Both the position numbers and the translations under genes were made by a program. A stretch of 64,000 bases of DNA from Candidatus Latescibacterota bacterium (lineage in GTDB: Bacteria > Latescibacterota > UBA2968 > GCA-2709665): the NCBI GenBank assembly GCA_965219995.1, contig CBDCOX010000002.1, positions 4,096,001 through 4,160,000 of the forward strand. The letters are read 5' to 3'. Position 1 is the stretch's first letter. Every line of letters begins with the position of its first letter. Below the pieces are notes generated by a model. That model saw nothing but the letters and a program-made list of their open reading frames with translations. It did not search any database and had not been told where the DNA came from. This document shows positions 10,400 to 18,791 of this stretch, piece by piece.

Positions 10400-10978
10400 T
10401 CAATCCAACAGATCCTGTCTCTCGATTTCTTTCTGCAGCTTTTCCCGCGCCCGGTGAAGCCGCGACTTTACCGTGCCTTCGGGTACATTGAGGATTTCCG
10501 CGACTTCACTGCCGGTAAGCTCCTGCAGATAGGTCAACACCACAACCTCGTGGAGCTTTGCCGGCAGCCGGTCGATGATCGCCCGCAGGCGAATCCGGAC
10601 GTCCCGCTTCGCAAACCGGACATCCGGCGCTTCGGTACCGGCAGAGGCCAGACCTCCGAACCATGAAGGCGGCGTCAGGCGCTCCAGGAGCCGCCTGCGT
10701 CTCCTGCGCCGCGCGTTCAACGCGGTTCGTATTGCAATCCGGTACAGCCAGGCCTGAAAGGGCACCTGACCGGAAAACGAACGCAGTCCCCGGAAGGTCC
10801 GGACAAAGGCATCCTGGGCCGCTTCTTCCGCCTCTTCCCGGTCGCTCAGAACCGAGAGCGCAACCAGGAAGACAAAGTCCTGGTGGGGTTCGATCAGCCT
10901 CCGGAACGCGTCCCTGTTTCCCGAAAGACACTGCTGGATCAGGTCCCGCTCCTGGGGCATTGTGGACTCCGGCGTCAT
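10400..10978 (-). CDS. ECF RNA polymerase sigma factor (sigma-70 group 4)
   Basis: AEEAAQDAF...FQAWLYRIAI (region 2) and EVAEILNVPEGTVKSRLHRAR (region 4). Start uncertain (10960-11032). Confidence 0.93.
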   Translation of the reverse strand: MTPESTMPQERDLIQQCLSGNRDAFRRLIEPHQDFVFLVALSVLSDREEAEEAAQDAFVRTFRGLRSFSGQVPFQAWLYRIAIRTALNARRRRRRRLLERLTPPSWFGGLASAGTEAPDVRFAKRDVRIRLRAIIDRLPAKLHEVVVLTYLQELTGSEVAEILNVPEGTVKSRLHRAREKLQKEIERQDLLD

Positions 10979-11230
10979 GGCCTGCTGATGAATCGCGATC
11001 GTGAAATGCCTTTGTAGATCTGCGGATAACACTTTTTTACCCTGAACAGGCGGAGGAAGCGCTGTTTGCCGTATCTCACAACCTGCAAGACACGGCTTCT
11101 GTCCGGCAGGTTCGATAAAATTTCACCAGTTTGGGTCAAAAAGCAACCATTATCGCGGGGAAGCGAAACACGTGCGATTCCTGTATACACAATGGAGGAT
11201 GGGTCTCGCGGTCCACCGCCGAATATTCGC

Positions 11231-11259
11231 TTGACGCGCCGGGTCCATGTCCCTACTTT
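11231..11259 (+). promoter_or_regulatory. Candidate sigma70 promoter for the PhyH-HEAT gene
   Basis: TTGACG-17 nt-TACTTT about 75 nt upstream of ATG 11335. Confidence 0.45.
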
Positions 11260-11334
11260 TTTAACGTAGCGGCGTAAGAAAACGGGAATCGCGCCTGCCC
11301 TGAGCATGCTCACCATCTTCACGGAGATTTAACG

Positions 11335-12705
11335 ATGCTTGATCCGAAATACCTCCTCGACGACAGCAAAATGCAGGAATTCATCGCCAATGGATTCATT
11401 ACGATCAAGGTCGATCTCCCGCCCGGGTTCCACGAGGAAATCTACAGGAAAACCGACGAAGTCTTTCAGAAGGAAGGGAACCCGGGCAACAACGTCCTGC
11501 CTCGAATTCCCGAAATTCAGACCGTGTTCGACCAGCCCGAGGTCCGGGGCGCGTTCTCGTCGATCCTCGGGCACGACCATACCATGCACGTCCACCGCCA
11601 CTGCCACTTCAACACGCCCAACGGAAAGGGCGGGGGATGGCACAAGGACAGCTACTGGGGCTACTATAAGCTGCGTTACCTCCGCAACCGGTGGGCGATG
11701 GCGTTTTACTATCCGCAGGACGTGGAACTCGAGAACGGCCCAACGGGCGTTATCCCCAACACGCACTGCTACATGGACCGGCTGAAGGACCCGGACGAAG
11801 CCGGAGTTTCCGTTTGCGGCGAAGCCGGAACGATCGCAATTGTCCACTTCGACATCTGGCACCGCGCCATGCCCAACATGGTGGACAAGCGGCGGTATAT
11901 GATGAAGTTCCAGTTCACGCGGATGTCCGAGCCAACGCAGCCGGATTGGAACCACAGTGACGGCGCCTGGCGCAACGCGGACGTTGGAAACCGGCACCCC
12001 TTCGTCTGGAACAACACCTGGGAATGGTCTCGAGGCGCGAACGCCAACGGCCACGCGGGCGACGTGGCCGCACTTGCGCGGACCCTTCAGGACGGCGACG
12101 AACCCGCCCGGCTGAACGCGGCATTCGAGCTCGCCGCGACGGGCGAACCGGCTGTCGGACCGCTTTCGCGCGCCCTTCGTTCGGCCGACGACGGCGTCAA
12201 ACTCCACGCCGCGTACGGTCTGGCCGCCGTGGGAGAGCCCGCCGTTTCCGATCTCGCCGCCGCGCTCGGAGATGACGATGAAAAGGTCCGCGGCCACGCC
12301 GCCTTCGCCCTGGGCGACGCGGGTCCCGCAGCCGCCGGCGCCGTGTCCGCACTCGCGAAGACGCTGGACGATCCTTCCGAATGGGTCCGCCACCACGCGG
12401 CGGAGGCCCTCGGCACCATCGCGCGAAATCCGGACGAGGCCGTGCCCGCTCTGGCGAGCGCGCTGAAGGACGACGACGCCCAGGTCCGCTACAACGCGGC
12501 GTATTCCCTGGCCCGTTTCCGCGGGGACGCCGAAGCGGCCGTCCCGGCTCTCGGCGAAGCCCTTCAAGACGAAAATCGATACGCGTCCGGGCACGCGGCG
12601 GTGGCGCTGGAGTATATCGGTACGCCGGAAGCGCTCAACATCCTCCTGGACCACCTCAACACCGCGCGCTGGTGCCCCATCACCACACGGGAAGACCTTT
12701 ACTAG
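11335..12705 (+). CDS. PhyH-like Fe(II)/2-oxoglutarate dioxygenase fused to HEAT/PBS repeats
   Basis: WHKD...NGPT...WHRA facial-triad pattern followed by VR..AA.ALG HEAT repeats. Confidence 0.85.
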   Translation: MLDPKYLLDDSKMQEFIANGFITIKVDLPPGFHEEIYRKTDEVFQKEGNPGNNVLPRIPEIQTVFDQPEVRGAFSSILGHDHTMHVHRHCHFNTPNGKGGGWHKDSYWGYYKLRYLRNRWAMAFYYPQDVELENGPTGVIPNTHCYMDRLKDPDEAGVSVCGEAGTIAIVHFDIWHRAMPNMVDKRRYMMKFQFTRMSEPTQPDWNHSDGAWRNADVGNRHPFVWNNTWEWSRGANANGHAGDVAALARTLQDGDEPARLNAAFELAATGEPAVGPLSRALRSADDGVKLHAAYGLAAVGEPAVSDLAAALGDDDEKVRGHAAFALGDAGPAAAGAVSALAKTLDDPSEWVRHHAAEALGTIARNPDEAVPALASALKDDDAQVRYNAAYSLARFRGDAEAAVPALGEALQDENRYASGHAAVALEYIGTPEALNILLDHLNTARWCPITTREDLY

Positions 12706-12773
12706 AAATGATCCCTGTCGGGATTACAATTGCGCGTTGCGGGGATGCGTTTCACAGTTAAAAATACTAGAAC

Positions 12774-13013
12774 CGGTGAGACGGTAGACGGTAGACGGTA
12801 GATGACATCCTTGCTCGATTGGTTCTTCCTTTATGCCTCCGGCAAGATATGAAACCGCACCGGGCAAGTAAGATCGGGGAGACACAAGTAGAGGAAGACA
12901 TTTACAGCAGTGTTTCCGCATAAACCGTGCCTGTTTATCTACCGCTATCGTAACGACAAGAAACACCATAGGGCGCAGATATCATCTCCCGTCTCACGTC
13001 TTACCTCTCACCG
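12774..13013 (+). repeat. Modular heptamer-armed repeat, locus 1 (modules A+B)
   Basis: CGGTGAGACG(GTAGACG)n left arm, TCTCCCGTCTCACGTC...TCTCACCG right arm, and internal modules recurring elsewhere in the window. Confidence 0.9.
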
Positions 13014-13024
13014 CCTTTGTGACA

Positions 13025-14158
13025 ATGACAACCAACTTCTGCAAACTGTTTTCCCGTATCGCGGTGCTGTGTTTTCTCGTAGCCTGCGGCGGGAAAGAAA
13101 AACCCGCCGCCCCGGCGCCGGAACCGGCGCCTGCCGAGACCACGGATAACACCCCCCGGCAGCCCAGACCCCTGTTGTCGGACAGTACGTTCGGCGCCGA
13201 CTCGAACCCCACCGGCAATCCCATCGGCGGGGGAGACGGATACGATGAACTGGTAGAGGAAACCGACTACCTGGTTACCAACCGGGCGGAGCTGCTCGAC
13301 GCGCTCAAGCAGGCGACGCGGGGACAGGTGGTCTATCTGGCAGACACCGCCAGGGTGGACCTTACCGGCGACCAGAGAATCGAGATCGCCGGCGGCGTCA
13401 CGCTGGCAAGCGGACGGGGCAAGCCCGATACCGAAGGCGGCCTGGTTTACTCAAAGGAACTGGAGACGATTCCACTCTTTGTCGCCACCGGTCCGGACGT
13501 GCGCGTGACCGGACTCCGGCTGGAGGGCCCGGACACGATGAGGCGCACGGAGCAGATGAGGCAGCTCAGTGCGGAAGGACGGTACTACAGCATCCCCAAC
13601 TCGCGGGCCATCGAGACCTTCGAACCACGTCTGGAAGTGGACAACTGCGAACTCTTCGGCTGGAGTCACGGCGCGATTTTCCTCCGGGCCAATTCAACGG
13701 ACAACCACATTCACCACAACTATTTCCACCACAACCAGCGACACGGTCTGGGATACGGCGTGGTTATGGACCAGTCGGAAGCCCTGATCGAGGCCAACCG
13801 CTTCGACTGGGGCCGGCACCACATCGCCGGGACGGGCAGGCCCGGCACGAGCTACGAGGCCCGCTACAACCTGGTCCTGGAAAACGCCAACAGCCACAGC
13901 TTCGACATGCACGGCGGCCGGGACCGGGACGACGGGACGGACGTCGCCGGCACCGTAATCCGGATTCATCACAACACGTTTCTGGCCGTCGACGTGGCCG
14001 CGGTCGTCATCCGGGGCGTTCCCGAGGAATACTGCGACATCTACAACAACTGGTTCATCCACTCTGTCCCGGGCGTCGCCGTCAAACAGGTCAACGCCAA
14101 GGGAAACGTGCGGCACTACGCGAACCAGTACACCAACGATCGGGTCGTCAAGGACTGA
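13025..14158 (+). CDS. Lipoprotein with right-handed parallel beta-helix (pectin-lyase-like) domain, paralog 1
   Basis: Lipobox LVAC; LEVDNCEL..WSH, HIHHNYFHHN, IEANRF beta-helix Asn ladders. Confidence 0.78.
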   Translation: MTTNFCKLFSRIAVLCFLVACGGKEKPAAPAPEPAPAETTDNTPRQPRPLLSDSTFGADSNPTGNPIGGGDGYDELVEETDYLVTNRAELLDALKQATRGQVVYLADTARVDLTGDQRIEIAGGVTLASGRGKPDTEGGLVYSKELETIPLFVATGPDVRVTGLRLEGPDTMRRTEQMRQLSAEGRYYSIPNSRAIETFEPRLEVDNCELFGWSHGAIFLRANSTDNHIHHNYFHHNQRHGLGYGVVMDQSEALIEANRFDWGRHHIAGTGRPGTSYEARYNLVLENANSHSFDMHGGRDRDDGTDVAGTVIRIHHNTFLAVDVAAVVIRGVPEEYCDIYNNWFIHSVPGVAVKQVNAKGNVRHYANQYTNDRVVKD

Positions 14159-14346
14159 GATGACGTCCTTGCCCGATTGGTTTTTCCCTTATGCCTGCGG
14201 CAAGAGATGATACCGCACGGGGCAACAAAACCCGTTAGACGTAAGACGGTAGACGGTAGAGGACATCATTGCCCGATTGGTTGCTCCTTAATGCCTCTGG
14301 CAAGATGTGATACCGCACAGGGCAATAAAACCGGTGAGACGTGAGA
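14158..14346 (+). repeat. Modular repeat locus 2 (two tandem A modules separated by heptamers)
   Basis: Two copies of TTGCCCGATTGG...TGCCTnnGGCAAGA...ACCGCAC.GGGCAA separated by AGACGT/AGACGGT heptamers. Confidence 0.88.
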
Positions 14347-14519
14347 AAGGAAGAAGGAAGAAGTAGGAATGAAGAAATGTTGGTAACCATTTCGCATGTG
14401 ACGACCGCAATGGGCGTCTCGTTGTGCGCACCGGGATGCGAATTGCAATGGGCGTCGCGAGACCGGAAGCGGTGTGGTTCAAACCCGTCTTACGTCTACC
14501 CTTTCACCGCCTCCACCGA

Positions 14520-14629
14520 CCTACCCCCTATCCCCCTTCCCGGGGGAAGGGGGAACTGTGATCCCCTCGCGGTGTCCTGGTTTTCTCCCCCTTTCCTTTA
14601 GGAGAGGGGGCCGGGGGGAGAGGTCTGCG
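14520..14629. repeat. C-run/G-run palindromic REP-like element
   Basis: CCCCCTTCCC GG GGGAAGGGGG and CTCCCCCTTTCC..GGAGAGGGGG hairpins; related pieces near 27600, 32750 and 34325. Confidence 0.6.
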
Positions 14630-14635
14630 TAAATT

Positions 14636-14920
14636 CGGTGAGACGTAAGAGGGTAGACGGTAGATGACATCCTTGCCCGATTGGTTGCTCCCTTATGCCT
14701 CTGGCAAGATGTGAAACCGCACAGGGCAATAAAACCGGTGAGACGTGAGACGGTAGACGGTAGAGGAAGACTCTTGCAGCAGTGTTTCCGCATCAACCGT
14801 GCCTGTTTATCTACCGCTTTCGTAACGGCAAGAAACGCCATAGGGCGCAGACATCATCTCCCGTCTCCCGTCTTACGTCTACCCGTTCTTCATGCACTCA
14901 CATCCTCTCCCGTCTCACCG
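14636..14920 (+). repeat. Modular repeat locus 3 (A+B+C)
   Basis: Same arms and modules as locus 1, plus a short C module TTCTTCATGCACTCACATCC. Confidence 0.9.
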
Positions 14921-14931
14921 CCTTTCTTGCA

Positions 14932-16059
14932 ATGAAAACGACCAATTACATACTGATTTCCTGTCTCGCGATGCTGTTTTTTCTAGCGGCCTGCGGCGGC
15001 GAGGAAACGCCCCCTGCCCCCGAACCGCAACCGACCGAACCGACGGGCGGACGGGACGTGAGTAACCGCGCGCTGCTATCCGACGACAACTTCGGGGCCG
15101 ACTCGAATCCCACCGGCAATCCCATCGGGGGCGGAGAGGGATACGATCAGCTGGTGGAGGAGTATGACTATTTCGTTACAAATCGCGCGGAGCTTCTGGA
15201 CGCGCTCACGAAGGCGACCGGGGGGCAGGTGGTCTACGTGGCGGACACCGCGCGAGTGGACCTGACCGGCGACACGGACATCCAGATCCGGGCGGGCGTC
15301 ACGCTGGCCAGCGGCCGGGGCAAGCCCGATACCGATGGCGGGCTTATCTTTTCTAAACAGCTGGATACGGCCCCGCTGTTCGTCGCCGCCGGTCCCGACG
15401 TTCGCCTTACCGGCCTGAGGCTGGAGGGGCCGGACTCAATGCGGCGCACCGAACAGATGACGCAACTCCTGCGGGAGGGGCGGTATTACAGCATACCCAA
15501 CTCCAGGGCCATCGAGACCTTCGAAGAGAGGCTGGAGGTGGACAACTGCGAACTCTGGGGCTGGAGCCACGGTGCGATTTTCCTGAGGCGGAATTCGACG
15601 GACAACCACATCCACCACAACTACATTCATCACAATCAGCGTCACGGTCTCGGCTACGGCGTGGTGATGGACAATTCCGAAGCGCTCATCGAAGCCAACC
15701 TGTTCGACTGGTGCCGGCACCACATTGCCGGCACCGGCAGGCCGAATACCAGCTACGAGGCCCGATACAACATGGTCCTGGAGAACGCCAACAGCCACAG
15801 CTTCGACATGCACGGCGGCCGGGACCGGGAAGACGGAACGGACATCGCCGGAAACCTCATCCTCATTCACCACAACACGTTTCTCGCCATTGACGTGGAA
15901 GCGGTCGTCATCCGGGGAATTCCACGGGATATCTGCGACGTCTACAACAACTGGTTTATCCACTGGCTCCCGGCGACGGCGATCAAGCAGGTCTATGCCA
16001 CGGGCAATATGAGGAACTACTCGAACCAGTACACGCACACCCGGGTCGTGAAGGACTGA
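14932..16059 (+). CDS. Lipoprotein with parallel beta-helix domain, paralog 2
   Basis: ATG 14932, lipobox LAAC, closely similar to 13025-14158. The ORF-track N-terminal extension is repeat sequence. Confidence 0.78.
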   Translation: MKTTNYILISCLAMLFFLAACGGEETPPAPEPQPTEPTGGRDVSNRALLSDDNFGADSNPTGNPIGGGEGYDQLVEEYDYFVTNRAELLDALTKATGGQVVYVADTARVDLTGDTDIQIRAGVTLASGRGKPDTDGGLIFSKQLDTAPLFVAAGPDVRLTGLRLEGPDSMRRTEQMTQLLREGRYYSIPNSRAIETFEERLEVDNCELWGWSHGAIFLRRNSTDNHIHHNYIHHNQRHGLGYGVVMDNSEALIEANLFDWCRHHIAGTGRPNTSYEARYNMVLENANSHSFDMHGGRDREDGTDIAGNLILIHHNTFLAIDVEAVVIRGIPRDICDVYNNWFIHWLPATAIKQVYATGNMRNYSNQYTHTRVVKD

Positions 16060-16094
16060 ACGAACCACGCGTTGTCACGAGAGGAGTCCGGCGA

Positions 16095-16547
16095 ATGCCG
16101 AGGCAGTGGAAGGTGTACCTGGCCGGCGAAATTCACAGCGACTGGCGGGACCGGATCGTGAGCGCCGCCGCGGAGAAGGAACTCCCTGTCACGTTCACGT
16201 CGCCGGTCACGGACCACGCGGCAAGCGACAACTGCGGCGTGGACATCCTGGGCCCGGAGGACTCCTCCTTCTGGAAGGACCACAAGGCCGCGAAGATCAA
16301 TGCCATCCGGACGCGAACGCTCATTGGCGACGCCGATCTCGTGGTGGTGCGCTTCGGAGACCAATATCGTCAGTGGAACGCGGCGTTCGACGCGGGATTC
16401 GCATCGGCTCTCGGCAAACCCGTTGTCGTGATCCACGATTCTGCGAATGCTCACGCGCTGAAGGAAGTCGACGCGGCCGCGATGGCGGTGGCGGAGACGC
16501 CCGAACAGGTCGTGGACGTACTCGCCTACGTGACCCGTGGAACCTGA
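16095..16547 (+). CDS. YtoQ family protein (nucleoside deoxyribosyltransferase-like fold)
   Basis: VYLAGEIHSDWR...PVTDH..SD.CG...AKINAIRT...VVVRFG.QYRQWNAAFDAG signature. Confidence 0.88.
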   Translation: MPRQWKVYLAGEIHSDWRDRIVSAAAEKELPVTFTSPVTDHAASDNCGVDILGPEDSSFWKDHKAAKINAIRTRTLIGDADLVVVRFGDQYRQWNAAFDAGFASALGKPVVVIHDSANAHALKEVDAAAMAVAETPEQVVDVLAYVTRGT

Positions 16548-16608
16548 ATTGCGCGGTCCCCACGCGTATTCCACCCTGGATGCCGCATGCCGCTGCACAA
16601 AAAACACC

Positions 16609-16644
16609 TTGAAAGATGAACAAAGATGCACTATATTATAGTGC
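16609..16644 (+). promoter_or_regulatory. sigma70 promoter of parE/parC overlapped by a perfect palindrome
   Basis: TTGAAA-17-TATATT; GCACTATA-T-TATAGTGC at 16628-16644. Confidence 0.6.
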
Positions 16645-16785
16645 TGTCTTTCCCCTTTATTTCCCCGTAGTTAGGTTCTTTTCAGGCCCTGTTTCGCCCT
16701 GAGCCCACGCCGGGATCGTCTGTCTCCCCTTCCGTATCGTCGCCGCGCGGGATTGCGCGTTGGAGCGACCCCGAATAGGTACGCC

Positions 16786-18687
16786 ATGCCCGATACCAGA
16801 CCGACAGTCCGGAAATCGAGTCAGCTCTCCCTTTCCATCAACGGGAAACCCGCGTCCACCCCGAAGTCCGCCGGCAAGCGCAAGAATGGCGCATCGCCGG
16901 TACACGGGTACGACGAGTCCAAGGTCAAAACGCTCAGCTCGCTGGAGCACATCCGCCTCCGCACCGGGATGTACATCGGCCGGCTCGGCGACGGGTCGAA
17001 TCCGGACGACGGCATCTACGTGCTGCTCAAGGAAGTCATCGACAACGCCGTCGACGAATTCATCATGGGCTTTGGCAAAAGGATCGACGTCAGCATCGAA
17101 GACAACCGGGTCCGTGTCCGGGACTACGGCCGCGGCATTCCGCTCGGCAAGGTGATCGACTGCGTTTCAATCATCAATACCGGCGCGAAATACAACGACG
17201 ATGTGTTTCAGTTCAGCGTGGGCCTCAACGGCGTGGGCACCAAGGCAGTGAATGCCCTTTCCTCGGACTTCCGGGCGGTGGCGTTCAGGGACGGCAGTTA
17301 CTTCGAAGCGCGTTTCGAGCGTGGACGACTGAAAAAGAAAATAGAGGGGCGAAAACCCGGTGAACCCGACGGGTCTTATTTCGAATTTCTGCCCGATGTA
17401 CAGATTTTCGGAGATGATTTCGCGTTCAATTTCGATTACGTCCGGCAGCGACTGTGGAACTATGCCTGCCTGAACAGCGGACTTTCGCTCATTTTCAACA
17501 GGGAACGTTTCGTCTCCAGGCACGGGCTGCTGGACTTTCTCAGTCGCGAAGTGGGCGAGACGGCCCTATATGAACCGTTGTACTACAAGTCACAATACCT
17601 CGAATTTGCGTTCAGCCACACGGTCAGCTACGGCGAAACGTACTTCTCCTTCGTCAACGGCCAGCACACCAGCGACGGCGGGGCCCACCAGAGCGCCTTT
17701 CGCGAGGGCGTCCTCAAGGGCGTGAACGAATTCTACAAGAAGAACTACAACGGTATCGACGTCCGGGAGAGCATCTCGGGCGCCGTGGCCGTCAAGCTCA
17801 AGACGCCTGTCTTCGAGTCGCAGACCAAGAACAAGCTGGGAAACACCGATATTCGGGCGTGGATTGTCGCGGACGTCAAGAGCGCCGTGGTCGACCTCCT
17901 GCACAAAAACCAGACCGCGGCCCAGCAACTTTCCGAAAAAATCGCGCAGAACGAAAAGTTGAGAAAGGAACTCAACGCCGTAAAAAAAGAGGCCAAGGAA
18001 GCCGCGCGGAAGATCGCAATCAAGATTCCGCACTTCAAAGACTGCAAATTCCACCTGGGCCACAAGAAACACGGCGAAGACTCGACCATCTTCATCACCG
18101 AGGGTCCTTCGGCCGCGGGGTCCATGGTTTCCGCGCGCGACGTCCTCACCCAGGCCATCTTCGGCCTGAAGGGCGTTCCGCTGAACGTCTTCGGCAAGAA
18201 CAAGGCCGCGGTGTACAAGAACGAGGAGCTCTACAACCTGATGATGGCGCTCGGCATCGAAGACAACATCGAAAACCTGCGCTTCAACAGGATCGTGATC
18301 GCCACCGACGCCGATCACGACGGTTACCACATTCGCTATCTGCTTCTCACGTATTTCCTGAATTATTTCGAAGAACTCGTGCTCGCGGGACACCTCTATA
18401 TTCTCGAAACCCCGCTCTTCCGTGTCCGGAACGGCAAGGTCACCCGATACTGCTACAACAATCGGGAACGGGACAGCGCCCTGGAAGAGGTAAAGAACCC
18501 TGAGATCACCCGCTTCAAGGGCCTCGGGGAGATCTCGCCGAAGGAATTCGGTCAGTTCATCGGCGACGACATGCGGCTGGTCAAGGTCAACATCAGGTCC
18601 ATCTCCGAAATCGCCAATACGCTCAGCTTCTACATGGGCAAGAACACCCCCGAACGCAGAGACTACATTATTGAAAACCTGATCTGA
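16786..18687 (+). CDS. parE: DNA topoisomerase IV subunit B
   Basis: EHIRLRTGMYIG, EVIDNAVDE, GRGIP, GLNGVG (GHKL); TOPRIM EGPSA and TDADHDG; TRFKGLGE. Confidence 0.88.
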   Translation: MPDTRPTVRKSSQLSLSINGKPASTPKSAGKRKNGASPVHGYDESKVKTLSSLEHIRLRTGMYIGRLGDGSNPDDGIYVLLKEVIDNAVDEFIMGFGKRIDVSIEDNRVRVRDYGRGIPLGKVIDCVSIINTGAKYNDDVFQFSVGLNGVGTKAVNALSSDFRAVAFRDGSYFEARFERGRLKKKIEGRKPGEPDGSYFEFLPDVQIFGDDFAFNFDYVRQRLWNYACLNSGLSLIFNRERFVSRHGLLDFLSREVGETALYEPLYYKSQYLEFAFSHTVSYGETYFSFVNGQHTSDGGAHQSAFREGVLKGVNEFYKKNYNGIDVRESISGAVAVKLKTPVFESQTKNKLGNTDIRAWIVADVKSAVVDLLHKNQTAAQQLSEKIAQNEKLRKELNAVKKEAKEAARKIAIKIPHFKDCKFHLGHKKHGEDSTIFITEGPSAAGSMVSARDVLTQAIFGLKGVPLNVFGKNKAAVYKNEELYNLMMALGIEDNIENLRFNRIVIATDADHDGYHIRYLLLTYFLNYFEELVLAGHLYILETPLFRVRNGKVTRYCYNNRERDSALEEVKNPEITRFKGLGEISPKEFGQFIGDDMRLVKVNIRSISEIANTLSFYMGKNTPERRDYIIENLI

Positions 18688-18791
18688 AAACCGGGTCAGG
18701 ACACTGACCCGTCAGGAATACAAGCGTCAGGAGAGAACCGCGTTCCCGTCCTCCATGGCGCTTTGATTTCGAACGGTAACGAGGAGAATCC

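Noticed and set aside
14410-14490. Possible tRNA (GGTTCAAACCC T-loop-like)
   Set aside because: No acceptor, D or anticodon stems could be formed.
12774-14920. CRISPR array interpretation of the tandem repeats
   Set aside because: Arms are degenerate heptamer runs of variable length, the intervening modules recur rather than being unique spacers, and there are no cas genes.
14782-14931. N-terminal extensions of ORFs 14782 and 32831 and small ORFs such as 12724-12969, 14521-14841 and 57110-57412
   Set aside because: They are translations of the modular repeat; their shared peptides (HCCK, RLTS) reflect the DNA repeat.
13025-16059. Diversity-generating retroelement explanation for the tandem paralogs
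   Set aside because: No reverse transcriptase in the window, and the differences are not adenine-specific.
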